A stretch of 64,000 nucleotides of DNA. Source: Polyangiaceae bacterium (GTDB taxonomy: Bacteria > Myxococcota_A > Polyangia > Polyangiales > Polyangiaceae). A program made the translations under genes and the position numbers. The first letter of the stretch is position 1, and every line of letters starts with the position of its first letter. The notes beneath the pieces were generated by a model that searched no databases, was not told where the DNA came from, and worked only from the letters and a program-made list of their open reading frames with translations. The stretch lies in assembly GCA_050287085.1 (NCBI GenBank), contig JBNKBE010000001.1:288001-352000 (forward strand), read 5' to 3'. Positions 9,079 through 18,032 of this stretch are shown piece after piece.

Positions 9079-9143
9079 CCGGGCTCCGTACCACGATCGC
9101 CGGATGCGGAACAGCTTGCCCTAGCGGTTGCGTGAAGCTCGGG

Positions 9144-9293
9144 TCTCAACGTCTCGGGTTAGCCTTCCGAGGCCAACAAGACAACCTGGCAGCTGGCAGC
9201 AGCTCCAAGAAGAGGCGGCACTTCGCCGCCTTCCGGCGGTTAACTGCCAGCAGGCGAGGCGCCTCAGGGACCCGGTTCAAACCCTTGTTGAGC
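9144..9293 (-). mobile_element. attC-like integron cassette recombination site (150 bp imperfect palindrome)
   Basis: Minus strand GCTCAAC-AAGGG-TTTGAACC ... GGCTAAC-CCGAGAC-GTTGAGA, with internal arms CTGGCAG/CTGCCAG and central hairpin AGGCGGC-ACTT-CGCCGCCT; starts 35 bp after the HEPN gene stop. Confidence 0.58.
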
Positions 9294-9328
9294 AACCAAG
9301 CGCGCAGTGGCATGTCGTTCAGCAGCCC

Positions 9329-10654
9329 TTACAAAGGGAGAGAAGTCGCCGAGAGGAGGCGTCTCGCCAGGTCTTCGATAAGTTTCAGGTCATAGTGAAG
9401 GTCAGCCACCTCCGCCGCGAAGGGGAGTAGGACGTCGGCGGATGAAGACTTCTTGTGGACGATCCGACAGCGAATTGCGTAGAGCCGTTCCGCAAGCTCG
9501 CGGCGAAGGTTGGCCTTGGGCTCTTCTACGCGAATTCGCTGGCTTACCAAGGGGGGCGTCAGGGAGGTGTAGAAGTCCTTGAACCCGTTACAGATTAACA
9601 GCCTGCGAAGTTCCTCGCTCGTGATAGCGGCCTCTACGGTCGCAACTAGTTGGTCCTTTTCCTTTCCGATTCCACGAGCGCCCGTCGCAAATCTGCCTTC
9701 GCCGAGTATCGTTGCGATCTCGGATTCCGCCATGTCGGCGAGGGCGTGTGATCGGCTCAAGAGCTTCTTTCTGATCACTGCGGCCTCCGCGAGACAGGAG
9801 AAGTGTGGGAAGAAGTACTCCAGGACATGATAGAGCGATAGGAAGGTGTTTGCCGCGTCGTCTTCGTTGAGCCTTGCGTGCAAGTAGAGCTGGGCGGGTA
9901 CGGACGGCGGGTAGCGGCGAAGAGTGCCGAAGGCTGGCGTCATGGGCGGACCGTCGAAACGCAGACGAAATGGGTATGGCACCTTCAATCGAGCCGCAAC
10001 CCGGCAGCTTAGCTCCAGCTCGAGAATGGCCGCTAAACCGAGGGTCTCAAGTAGCGTGATCGCTCCTTCAGCAGCCAAGGGCGCCAGACGTCGAATGCGG
10101 ATGACTGGAATGAGCGCATTTGAGTCGAAGACATTAATCGCGGGTGAGCCCGTGCGCCAGACGAGTTGCTCCCGGCAGGCGAAAGCAAGTTCAACTTCCA
10201 CATTCGGCGGTTCGACGGGAATGGGAATGATGGTGTCCGCCGGAGGCGTCTTTGGACCGACGCTTGACGACCCCAGGCCCAGGGACTTCTGAATCCAGTA
10301 AAACGGGTGCGCCAGGAAAGGGCTTGGTCTGGGCAGCAGGAGCTCGGCCTCCACCACCCCGCGTGACTCGGACCAGACGCCTTCGTACTTCTGAAGTGCT
10401 CTAAAGTGCTCAAACTCCGTCCCCAGCGCAAACTCAACCTGGGCTGCATCGCGGAGGAGTGCGTAGCCGGCAGAGCCGTCCCCCGGTTCGACGCACCAAC
10501 CATTGAACGCGTCAGAGAACCCAGTCGATTCGTCAGGCTCATCCCACAATTCGGTGAGTTTGAGATCAGCGCGCGAGGCTGCAGGAAAACCCATTGATGG
10601 CGCGGGCGCAACCCGGCTCGTCCTCGATTTGTCGGAGTTCCACCTCGACTGCAT
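9329..10654 (-). CDS. HEPN-domain protein (ApeA/MauJ-like), putative RNase; start uncertain (alt. ATG 10594)
   Basis: FLSLYHVLEYFF helix and C-terminal LYAIRCRIVHKK (Rx4H) motif. Confidence 0.68.
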   Translation of the reverse strand: MQSRWNSDKSRTSRVAPAPSMGFPAASRADLKLTELWDEPDESTGFSDAFNGWCVEPGDGSAGYALLRDAAQVEFALGTEFEHFRALQKYEGVWSESRGVVEAELLLPRPSPFLAHPFYWIQKSLGLGSSSVGPKTPPADTIIPIPVEPPNVEVELAFACREQLVWRTGSPAINVFDSNALIPVIRIRRLAPLAAEGAITLLETLGLAAILELELSCRVAARLKVPYPFRLRFDGPPMTPAFGTLRRYPPSVPAQLYLHARLNEDDAANTFLSLYHVLEYFFPHFSCLAEAAVIRKKLLSRSHALADMAESEIATILGEGRFATGARGIGKEKDQLVATVEAAITSEELRRLLICNGFKDFYTSLTPPLVSQRIRVEEPKANLRRELAERLYAIRCRIVHKKSSSADVLLPFAAEVADLHYDLKLIEDLARRLLSATSLPL

Positions 10655-10719
10655 GTTCCCGGCGCTGTGAAGCCGTCATCACGCCCAGAAGCCCTGGGCC
10701 ACCCCGAGCAAGCCCACCA

Positions 10720-11330
10720 CCCCCCGGCGATCTTTTCGATGTTGTGCACCAGGGTGAAGAACTGTCACTGAGTGTTCACCTTATACTGTTCGAAAAGGAA
10801 GAGGCCGCGCATGCCCTTGTTCTGGAGATTGGCAAAGACTGGCTCGACGGCGCCCATACGCTTGCCGTAGATCTCGGGCCCAAAGGGGGTGTCGAATATC
10901 CGGCGCATGCGCTCTGCGGCGGCGCCGTGCCACGCGGGTCGTTTGGGCAGCGGGCCCTAGCGGCCTTTGATGATGGCGAGCTGGCGTTGCCGCGTGCGGT
11001 CAGGTTCACGCGGGCACCTATCGCGCAATGAGCACGCGCGGCACGCCGTGATGGGTGCCTTGAAGCGACGCGGTAGCCGCCAAAGAGCCTGTGGTTGCCG
11101 CTCTTCTTGTGACCCGCGGGGTAGTTCAGCCGTACCTGGCTCTCGTGGTCGCGAAAGTCTTCAGCGTGAAGAGTCGCCGCTTCGTCGCGGGCTCGCGCGC
11201 TTCGCGCTTGCGGCGACGCCTCGACGCGCGCTCCTTGCGCTCCCGCTGCTTGGGGCGGTCAGCACTCGCGAAGGCTGGCTCGCGGCGACGGTAGTCGCGA
11301 TCGGCGATGCTGGCGTGCAGCACTCTGGTG
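10720..11330 (-). pseudogene. IS1182-family transposase C-terminal remnant
   Basis: IADRDYRRREPAFA...RLFT..., then FKAPITACRACSLRDRC...ERMRRIFDTPFGPEIYGKRMGAVEPVFANLQNKGMR...KVNTQ*QFFTLVHNIEKIA; in-frame stops at 10957-10959 and 10765-10767 plus frameshifts. Confidence 0.82.
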
Positions 11331-11631
11331 TGAAGAGCGTTCGCTTGGGCTTGGTGCGGCCTTTGCCGGCGCGGTGGAGCCGGCGCCCGGGGAGATTCGC
11401 ACCCATCCGCATCGCGCATGGGCGAAGGCCCCGCCGCTCGGGCTTGCGCGGGTCCTGCTGAACACTTGCTGGTGACGACCGTCACAACGCTCACGTGAAG
11501 CGGCACGCCCGGAGCGGTCGTTCAAGGGCGCGCGACGCTAGGTCGTTCTCAGGCGTGGTGAAGCCACCGCACCAGCCAAATGCCGTTGCGCGTAGCCTCC
11601 AATCACTTGCGTTCGCCACCCCGCGCCGACG

Positions 11632-12153
11632 CTAGGGACGCGCTTCAGGCAAGTCTTGAACACGCGGAAAGATGGAAACGGAGCGCAGCTTGAGCTCTCC
11701 GCCGTCCCCGCTGCGCAGCGCGAGCTCGACCTCGTAGCTCCGAGCGTGCAGGTCACCCGCCTGACTGTCCGAATAGGTGAGCTCTCCCCGAACCAAGGTA
11801 TCAGGCTCTCCGGCTTGCACCGCGACGTCGCGGAGCTCAAGACTGCAACCCGGCGCAAAGCTGGCAAGGTCCGTGGCCAAGCTCACAGCTTCCAGCCGAT
11901 CGAGCCTGTCCTGAGTCAACCACGGAGTCCGCACCGATATGCTTTCGCTCAACCACCCAGCTGTGCGTCGTTCGATCCGAGCTCGCCTCGCTGCGAGCGC
12001 TTCGCGCTGGCACGCTATCGCCTCGGTCAGCGCCCGGGCCTGCTCCTCGGCGCGTCGCTCGCGTGTATCGCACGCCAGGAAGAGGAGCGCGGCAACACTT
12101 GCCAACACGCAGCCACGAGCTCTGCGCGCCCGCTGCGTGGCTTTCAAGACCAC
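11632..12153 (-). CDS. Hypothetical lipoprotein
   Basis: LLFLAC lipobox after a basic N-terminus; overlaps the upstream gene end, suggesting operon membership. Confidence 0.55.
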   Translation of the reverse strand: MVLKATQRARRARGCVLASVAALLFLACDTRERRAEEQARALTEAIACQREALAARRARIERRTAGWLSESISVRTPWLTQDRLDRLEAVSLATDLASFAPGCSLELRDVAVQAGEPDTLVRGELTYSDSQAGDLHARSYEVELALRSGDGGELKLRSVSIFPRVQDLPEARP

Positions 12154-13616
12154 AATCCCTCGAGCATTTCGCGACGCACCCCGGCACGCGAGAACGCGCG
12201 CTCCGCAACGAGGCGACAGTTCTCCGCAGTCGGAGGTGATTCGCTGAGGCGGCCCGCAATCTCCCTCGCGCTGCTGGCTCGTTGCATCACGCCCGCTTGC
12301 AAGTACTCTGCAAAAGCTTCTTCACCGCTTGGATGCGTCAGTAGGCTGCTCACCCCAAAGGCGAGAGCCTCGATGGCGCAGGTTGAAAACCCCGTAACGT
12401 GCCATGTAGCGATGCCAAAAAGCGCGTAGAGCGGCAGTTCGGAAGCCGCTACCACACTGACATTCGAAGCCAGGAGGCGAAGCTCCTGCTCGAGTTCGCT
12501 AGGTACCTCCGCCATCTGACGATGGAGCCGGACCAGCACCGTGGTCTCGCGCGGTAGCAATGACAACAAGGGCAGAAGCCACGACCGGTACTCAATGCCC
12601 TTCTGCAGAGTGACCAACACAACGGACCCGCTCGGGACGAGCCCTACCTGCGAAGCCGATAGCGCCGCGCGAGCTGCAGCTACTTCGCGACGCATCGAAC
12701 CTTGCTCCGCTCGAAATTCATTAAGCCACAGATTGCCAACCACATCGACGCAACCGGGGTCCAACGCCGGATTGCTGGCAAGCAGCAAACTGCGATCACC
12801 ACTACCCCAGACCCAGAAACGGTCGGGCTCCGGCGCCAAGCTATGCCCCGAAAGCGCGCCGACGTAGCCAAAATGCCCCGCCCCCTGAAGCCCGTGCTGG
12901 ACATCCACGACCGTCAGTCCGAGTCGGCGAGCAGCCACGATCGCACCGATCTGTCGGCCCCCATACCAACAGTCTACCATGAGAGCGCGAGCCCGCGCTC
13001 GGCGCAGCGTCCCTTCGAAAAAGCTCGCGGCCCGCAGCATGCGATCCAGCTTACCCGCCGTCGCCCGCCACTCGGAAGCCTGGCCCAATCGCTCCGCGGC
13101 CCACCGGCGGAATTGCTCGTACCAAGACGGCTCTGGCGTAACGGTAAAACGCGCTCCCGAGCCAGCCATCGCGACCGAAAGCGCCCGATCGACACTGCTC
13201 GCGAAGGGTGCGTGCAGTCGTCCGGGGCCGAGCGTCCATACGCGGAGCCCCTCCCCCAAGCTTTGCATGGCATCGTGCAGCGGATGAGCAAGCGCGTGGT
13301 ACGAGCCCCGCTGCAAGCGCACCACTCGATTTGCAGGCGTTAGAAGCACCGTCCGCGACGCAGGAGCGCGGTGCAATTCGACGCGTTCGGATACCGCCCG
13401 CAAGCGCTTATTCACCCGCGACCGCAGACTGAGACGCGCTGAGAGCGCCGCGGTGGCCCCCCCATGCAGTCGAAAGGCCAGCTCAGTCCGCACAAAGGGC
13501 CAGACGTTGACTCCGCGGTAGACCATCTCGTCGATGGGCAAAGCCGACGCCCCTTCTACCAGTGCTTCGGCGATTTGCAGACGCTGCATCGACGGCTCCT
13601 GGGGCATGGCAGACAC
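12144..13616 (-). CDS. GT-B fold capsular polysaccharide biosynthesis protein, possible nonulosonic-acid transferase
   Basis: DVQHGLQG, PDRFWVWG, VRLH, STCAIEALAFG motifs; directly downstream of neuB-like gene. Confidence 0.65.
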   Translation of the reverse strand: MSAMPQEPSMQRLQIAEALVEGASALPIDEMVYRGVNVWPFVRTELAFRLHGGATAALSARLSLRSRVNKRLRAVSERVELHRAPASRTVLLTPANRVVRLQRGSYHALAHPLHDAMQSLGEGLRVWTLGPGRLHAPFASSVDRALSVAMAGSGARFTVTPEPSWYEQFRRWAAERLGQASEWRATAGKLDRMLRAASFFEGTLRRARARALMVDCWYGGRQIGAIVAARRLGLTVVDVQHGLQGAGHFGYVGALSGHSLAPEPDRFWVWGSGDRSLLLASNPALDPGCVDVVGNLWLNEFRAEQGSMRREVAAARAALSASQVGLVPSGSVVLVTLQKGIEYRSWLLPLLSLLPRETTVLVRLHRQMAEVPSELEQELRLLASNVSVVAASELPLYALFGIATWHVTGFSTCAIEALAFGVSSLLTHPSGEEAFAEYLQAGVMQRASSAREIAGRLSESPPTAENCRLVAERAFSRAGVRREMLEGLWS

Positions 13617-13649
13617 GCGGTAGCGACTCCGAAGCTTCCTAACCGACGC

Positions 13650-14717
13650 TCAGGTTTGCGCCGATGGGATGAACATATCCCAGGTTAGAACATCGTCGGC
13701 AGCGATATCCACCAACGCGGCCCGTCCCAAGAGTAGCTGCGCGTTGGCCGGGGCAATCCCCGTTCCCGGACGTTTCGCGATCAACACATCCTCCGTGATA
13801 GGCGCCCCCCTTGGGATAGCACGCGCCGCGACGAGACTGCGACGCGCCTGCTTGCGGGCGGGCTCCTCGCACGGGAAAACCCGCTTCCTCCCTTCGCCCA
13901 ACATGGCGGCAATCGATGTCGTCTGCGCGCGGAATGCAACGACGTCGTCAGGGTCCATCGCGTGATAATGATCATTGCCCGGCAGCGACTTATCCAGCGT
14001 GAAGTGCTTTTCGATAATGCTGGCACCAAGCATCCACGCAGCGAGCGCGGCCAAACACCCCCCAACCGGCGGCACGTGATCGGACCATCCGATGGTGAGC
14101 TCTGGAAAGACGTTCGAGAGATGTTTGATCACTCGAAGATGCGCGTTTTCAGGGGGGGTGGGGTACTGCAAGATACAATGCAACAGGCCGATTTCCTGGG
14201 CTCCCGCGTTCTGCAGCAGAGCCACCGCCGCTTCGATCTCGCCCACGGTAGATGCCCCCGTCGAAAGCAAGATGGGCTTTCCCTTGGAGGCAACCCGTTC
14301 GAGCAGGAAGTTGTTGGTAATGTCCGCCGAGGCAATCTTGTAGAGCACCATGAGGTGATCGAGTGCGTCCGCGAAGCGCAGGTCAAAGGGCGTCGTCGCA
14401 AACAAGATGCCCTTCTCATCACATCGCTGTTTGAGTTGCTCGTAGTCCGCAACGTCGAGCGAATCATATCGTTTGAATAGAGCGTATTGGCTATCGGCCG
14501 CCTCTTTGCTTCTGTCCCAGTAGGCAGGACTATTCTTGCTGGCGAGCGTTTCCGCTTTGTAGCTCTGAAACTTGATCATGTCTGCGCCGCAGGCCGCCGC
14601 CGCGTCGACGTAGTCAAGAGCCTTGCGCAGAGATCCCTCGTGATTGACACCGGCTTCAGCAATCAGAAACGGTCGCTCCGGGCTGATTTCCACAGTTCCA
14701 ATCTTATTGATCTTCAT
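13650..14717 (-). CDS. neuB: N-acetylneuraminate/nonulosonic acid synthase (NeuB/SpsE/PseI family) with SAF domain
   Basis: IAEAGVNHEG, KFQSY, KIASADITN, LSTGAS, GWSDH, EKHFTLDK, RRSLVA, KRPGTGI. Confidence 0.92.
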   Translation of the reverse strand: MKINKIGTVEISPERPFLIAEAGVNHEGSLRKALDYVDAAAACGADMIKFQSYKAETLASKNSPAYWDRSKEAADSQYALFKRYDSLDVADYEQLKQRCDEKGILFATTPFDLRFADALDHLMVLYKIASADITNNFLLERVASKGKPILLSTGASTVGEIEAAVALLQNAGAQEIGLLHCILQYPTPPENAHLRVIKHLSNVFPELTIGWSDHVPPVGGCLAALAAWMLGASIIEKHFTLDKSLPGNDHYHAMDPDDVVAFRAQTTSIAAMLGEGRKRVFPCEEPARKQARRSLVAARAIPRGAPITEDVLIAKRPGTGIAPANAQLLLGRAALVDIAADDVLTWDMFIPSAQT

Positions 14718-14729
14718 GAACGTAACTCC

Positions 14730-16406
14730 CTAACAATTCCGCTCACTCTCGCCGGACAATGCCGCCTCGAATATGCTCAAAACAGTCTTAACGCCGTCCC
14801 GCAAATTGGCGGACGCAAGAGCCCGGCGCAGACTGCGCCTAAGCCAGTCGCTCGTTGCCAACTGCGTGACGGCGCTGCGAAATTCTTCTTCACCTAGAGT
14901 CGAGGCGCGGCCAAGGTTCAACACCCCCGGTGCGTTCATCGCGAAGCTGTGATGGCACTCTCGCTCATTCTGCGCGATGACGATCATCGGCACCTGCAAG
15001 CTGGCCAACTCGAATACGGTCCTGCCCGCGCTCGTGATCGCGAAGTCAGACTCCGCCATGTACCGACTCAGCACCGACGTGTGGACGACAACGTCGACCT
15101 CATAGGGCAATGCCTCCGCCAGGCGTCGCACTTCGTCGACGTAGGGATAGCCAAGTCCAACCACCACCGTCAGCGAGAGCGGAAGCTCGGTGTGCCCCAG
15201 CCAGGTCAAGCAACGCCGAGTGAGATCGTTCGGATCGGTACCACCAAATAGGAGCAAAGCGCGCAGCGGACCTGTGGTGCTCGGCACGGACGGCGAAGCC
15301 GTGTAGAATTCGTCTCGTAGCACGCAGTACTGGGGCCCGCTGAATACACGTCCATCCTGGCGCGTATGCCGATCATACATCTCGTTGATGACGTAATCGG
15401 CAATCTGACTGCCCGTGCCAAGATCTTCGAAATTGACTGTTCTAATCCCCGCGGCACGAAATTGCTCCATCTCACTCTGCTCCGTGTCGAGAACGTCGCT
15501 AACGAGCAGTGCGGGTGCAAGCGCCCTAATCTGCTCCGCCTGCCTGCCTGAGGACAACTCAACGAGCGGATAGAAGCGCGCCTCTATCATCTCGCGAGCT
15601 AGGCGATGCTCCGGCTCAACGGCAAAAGACACTTGGTGATGGATCAGCCTGTCGGCGAGCGTCAATGCCCGTGACACATGCCCCAACCCCGTGGCACGAT
15701 CTCCGACGACTCGAAATAGGATGTGACGGCGCTGCAGAAAGCGTTCAGCCAGCCACCAATCAAACGCATCGTCGATATCGAGTGCCTCAGCCTTGCCGAC
15801 CTCAACGGTGCCAACGCGTTCACCAAAGCGCCCACCGCCCTTGAGTACCGAGCGCTTACATGCCACTACCCCGCCGGTCTCTCGAAACCGAGCCGGCAGC
15901 AGTTGACGGTTCTTGCGAGCCGAATACTCCGGCACCATCCGCCCGGCGTCGTCCCGTGTCCACGTGAGGTGACGATCGTCGACAACAGAAAGCACCGTAT
16001 CGAAGTCGTCGGCGCGCAGTAGCTCTATGGCCCGATCGACGGTCGCGCTCGAAAGCAGCGGGCAGGTCGCCTGCAGCGTAACTACGACCTCCGGCTCAAC
16101 ACCTTGCGCAGCAAGCTGCGCAACCGCATCTACTACAACCGCATCTAGCGTGGTCGTCCCGTCGGCGAGCGCAACGCTCCGTTCGATAACCGCTACGCCC
16201 GCTCGGCGGGCCACTTCCGCAAGCTCAGCGTCTTCGGTGGACACGTAGACGGCGTCGACACAACGCGCACCCAACGCCGCTTCGAGCACGTAGCGAAGCA
16301 GTGGTTTACCCGATAGCAGCCGTGCATTCTTGCGCGGAATGCCCACCGAGCCACCGCGGACGGGGATGATAGCCACAGCGCTCAAGTCCGTTGCACGTCG
16401 CGTCAC
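14730..16406 (-). CDS. Fusion of CMP-nonulosonate cytidylyltransferase (NeuA/SpsF) and PseG/SpsG-like nucleotide-sugar hydrolase
   Basis: IPVRGGSVGIPRKN, LQATCP, DIDDAFDW; then GLGHVSRALTLA, LRDEF, FGGTDP, SAGRTVFEL. Confidence 0.88.
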   Translation of the reverse strand: MTRRATDLSAVAIIPVRGGSVGIPRKNARLLSGKPLLRYVLEAALGARCVDAVYVSTEDAELAEVARRAGVAVIERSVALADGTTTLDAVVVDAVAQLAAQGVEPEVVVTLQATCPLLSSATVDRAIELLRADDFDTVLSVVDDRHLTWTRDDAGRMVPEYSARKNRQLLPARFRETGGVVACKRSVLKGGGRFGERVGTVEVGKAEALDIDDAFDWWLAERFLQRRHILFRVVGDRATGLGHVSRALTLADRLIHHQVSFAVEPEHRLAREMIEARFYPLVELSSGRQAEQIRALAPALLVSDVLDTEQSEMEQFRAAGIRTVNFEDLGTGSQIADYVINEMYDRHTRQDGRVFSGPQYCVLRDEFYTASPSVPSTTGPLRALLLFGGTDPNDLTRRCLTWLGHTELPLSLTVVVGLGYPYVDEVRRLAEALPYEVDVVVHTSVLSRYMAESDFAITSAGRTVFELASLQVPMIVIAQNERECHHSFAMNAPGVLNLGRASTLGEEEFRSAVTQLATSDWLRRSLRRALASANLRDGVKTVLSIFEAALSGESERNC

Positions 16407-16482
16407 TGTCGGTCAGTAGCCTAGCGCTCATCGCCTGTACAAGCCAAACGCGTCCGGGCCCAGCAGGCCTGCGAGCCGTCGC

Positions 16483-16707
16483 CTACTTGCGCAGCAGGTT
16501 TTCAGCGGGAACCGGAACATCAGCATGCCGCTCCAGCCCGGTAGACTTTTCTTTGCACTGAGCCTGCTTCTCCGGACTGCAGGTACAGGCTTCTCCCCCC
16601 ACGCCCCCGCAAGAGCCCTGAAGGCGACGGCCACTGAGCAGTACGCCTACCGCCATGGCCCCCACGGCCGCTACGAAAACCAATAGGGTGAGAAAGAACG
16701 TTGCCAT
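16483..16707 (-). CDS. nqrM: Na+-NQR maturation protein NqrM
   Basis: TM helix AMAVGV followed by LQGSCGG and further Cys; located after apbE. Confidence 0.85.
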   Translation of the reverse strand: MATFFLTLLVFVAAVGAMAVGVLLSGRRLQGSCGGVGGEACTCSPEKQAQCKEKSTGLERHADVPVPAENLLRK

Positions 16708-16892
16708 ACCAATCACTTCGCGCGCTTCGTCGCTCGGAGCGTCACCGCACTAGCGAGTGTCTACATCCTAGGAAGCGAGCCCAGCCAGGGCAAGGGCTCC
16801 ATCTCCGTGACACGGTCCCCTGCCGCGGGCGATGTGGCACAAGGCGCCGTTGGCGATCTGTTCCCAGCGGATTTCTGTCCCGGCACTTGGCG

Positions 16893-17963
16893 TCATTGCG
16901 TGCCAAATCGCTCGTCAAAGCGCCTGGAGGTTAGCGGCTTGAAGTGGCCCGGGCTCTCGCGCACGAGCAGCAATACGGCAAGACCGCGATCGTTAGCGAA
17001 GTCCAGAGCAGCCTTCGGCCCGAGCACGTTGAGCGCCGTCGCGTAGCCATCGGCCCACATCGCGCTCTCATGAACGACGGTGACGGAGGCGAGGTGATGT
17101 TTGATCGGATACCCTGAACGAGCGTCGATGGTATGCGAAATGCGCTCTCCCTCCCGCTCGTAGTAGTTGCGGTAGTCCCCCGACGTGGCCACTGCCTCCT
17201 CCTTCAGCGAAAGCGCCCGGAAGGTGCTGCGTCGGGCCTCGTCCGGCACCTCGATTCCAATCTTGAAGGGGCCGTCACGCTTGCTACCGCGCGCCCGGAT
17301 CTCCCCCCCGATCTCGACGAGAGTGTTGGTAAAACCCCGTCCGAAGAGAAACTCCGAAACCCGATCGCAGGCGTAGCCCTTCGCGATGGCGCTCAGGTCC
17401 ACCTCCAAGCCGGCGATCGCCTTGCTCAGCGTTCCGCCGACCTGATCGATCGCAAGCTTGCGGTAGTCCACCCGGCGCCGTGCAGCGCTCAACGCCTCGT
17501 CCGCCGGGGCTTCGATCTGTGCGCCTGAGCCAAAGCCCCAGAGCGCCACCAGGGGCCGGACTGTGACGTCAAAAGCCCCACCCGACTGCTCCGCAATCAC
17601 CTGGGCGGCGCTTGCCACCTCAAGCGTTTCGGCCGATACCGGAAAGGGTCTTTCCTCCGGTGCCCGATTGAAGCGCGACAGCTCCGACCCCGGACGGTAG
17701 GTGCTCATGAGATCTTCAAGACGCTCGAGCTCCTGGTGAACAGCAACCTGCAACGCTTCGCGCTGAGTCCCATCCAGACGCGTTCGAGCGATGAGCACAG
17801 AAAACGTGGTGCCCATCGTCTTGCCAGCCAAGGTGACTGTCCCAAGGCTGCCACTTTCCGTCCGATAGATGCGAAAGTAGGAAAGCGCGATCAATGCAAG
17901 GAGCGCAAACGGCAGCAGTCGCTTCGCCCGCGGTGAGAGCCCCCCCGGCGGTGCGCCCTTCAC
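16893..17963 (-). CDS. apbE: FAD:protein FMN transferase ApbE
   Basis: TMGT, MSTYRPGSELSRFN, DLSAIAKGY, EIGGE, ATSGDYRNY, SHTIDARSG, ADGYATAL. Confidence 0.95.
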   Translation of the reverse strand: MKGAPPGGLSPRAKRLLPFALLALIALSYFRIYRTESGSLGTVTLAGKTMGTTFSVLIARTRLDGTQREALQVAVHQELERLEDLMSTYRPGSELSRFNRAPEERPFPVSAETLEVASAAQVIAEQSGGAFDVTVRPLVALWGFGSGAQIEAPADEALSAARRRVDYRKLAIDQVGGTLSKAIAGLEVDLSAIAKGYACDRVSEFLFGRGFTNTLVEIGGEIRARGSKRDGPFKIGIEVPDEARRSTFRALSLKEEAVATSGDYRNYYEREGERISHTIDARSGYPIKHHLASVTVVHESAMWADGYATALNVLGPKAALDFANDRGLAVLLLVRESPGHFKPLTSRRFDERFGTQ

Positions 17964-18032
17964 CTCACCCCCCTGCGACAGCGCTCGAGGGGACGTCCGA
18001 CGTCTCGCTGGGAAACGCCGGACCTCACCACC

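Noticed and set aside
10033..10749. 238-aa minus-strand ORF starting MHNIEKIAG
   Set aside because: Only the last residues of the IS1182 remnant reading on out of frame into the HEPN gene
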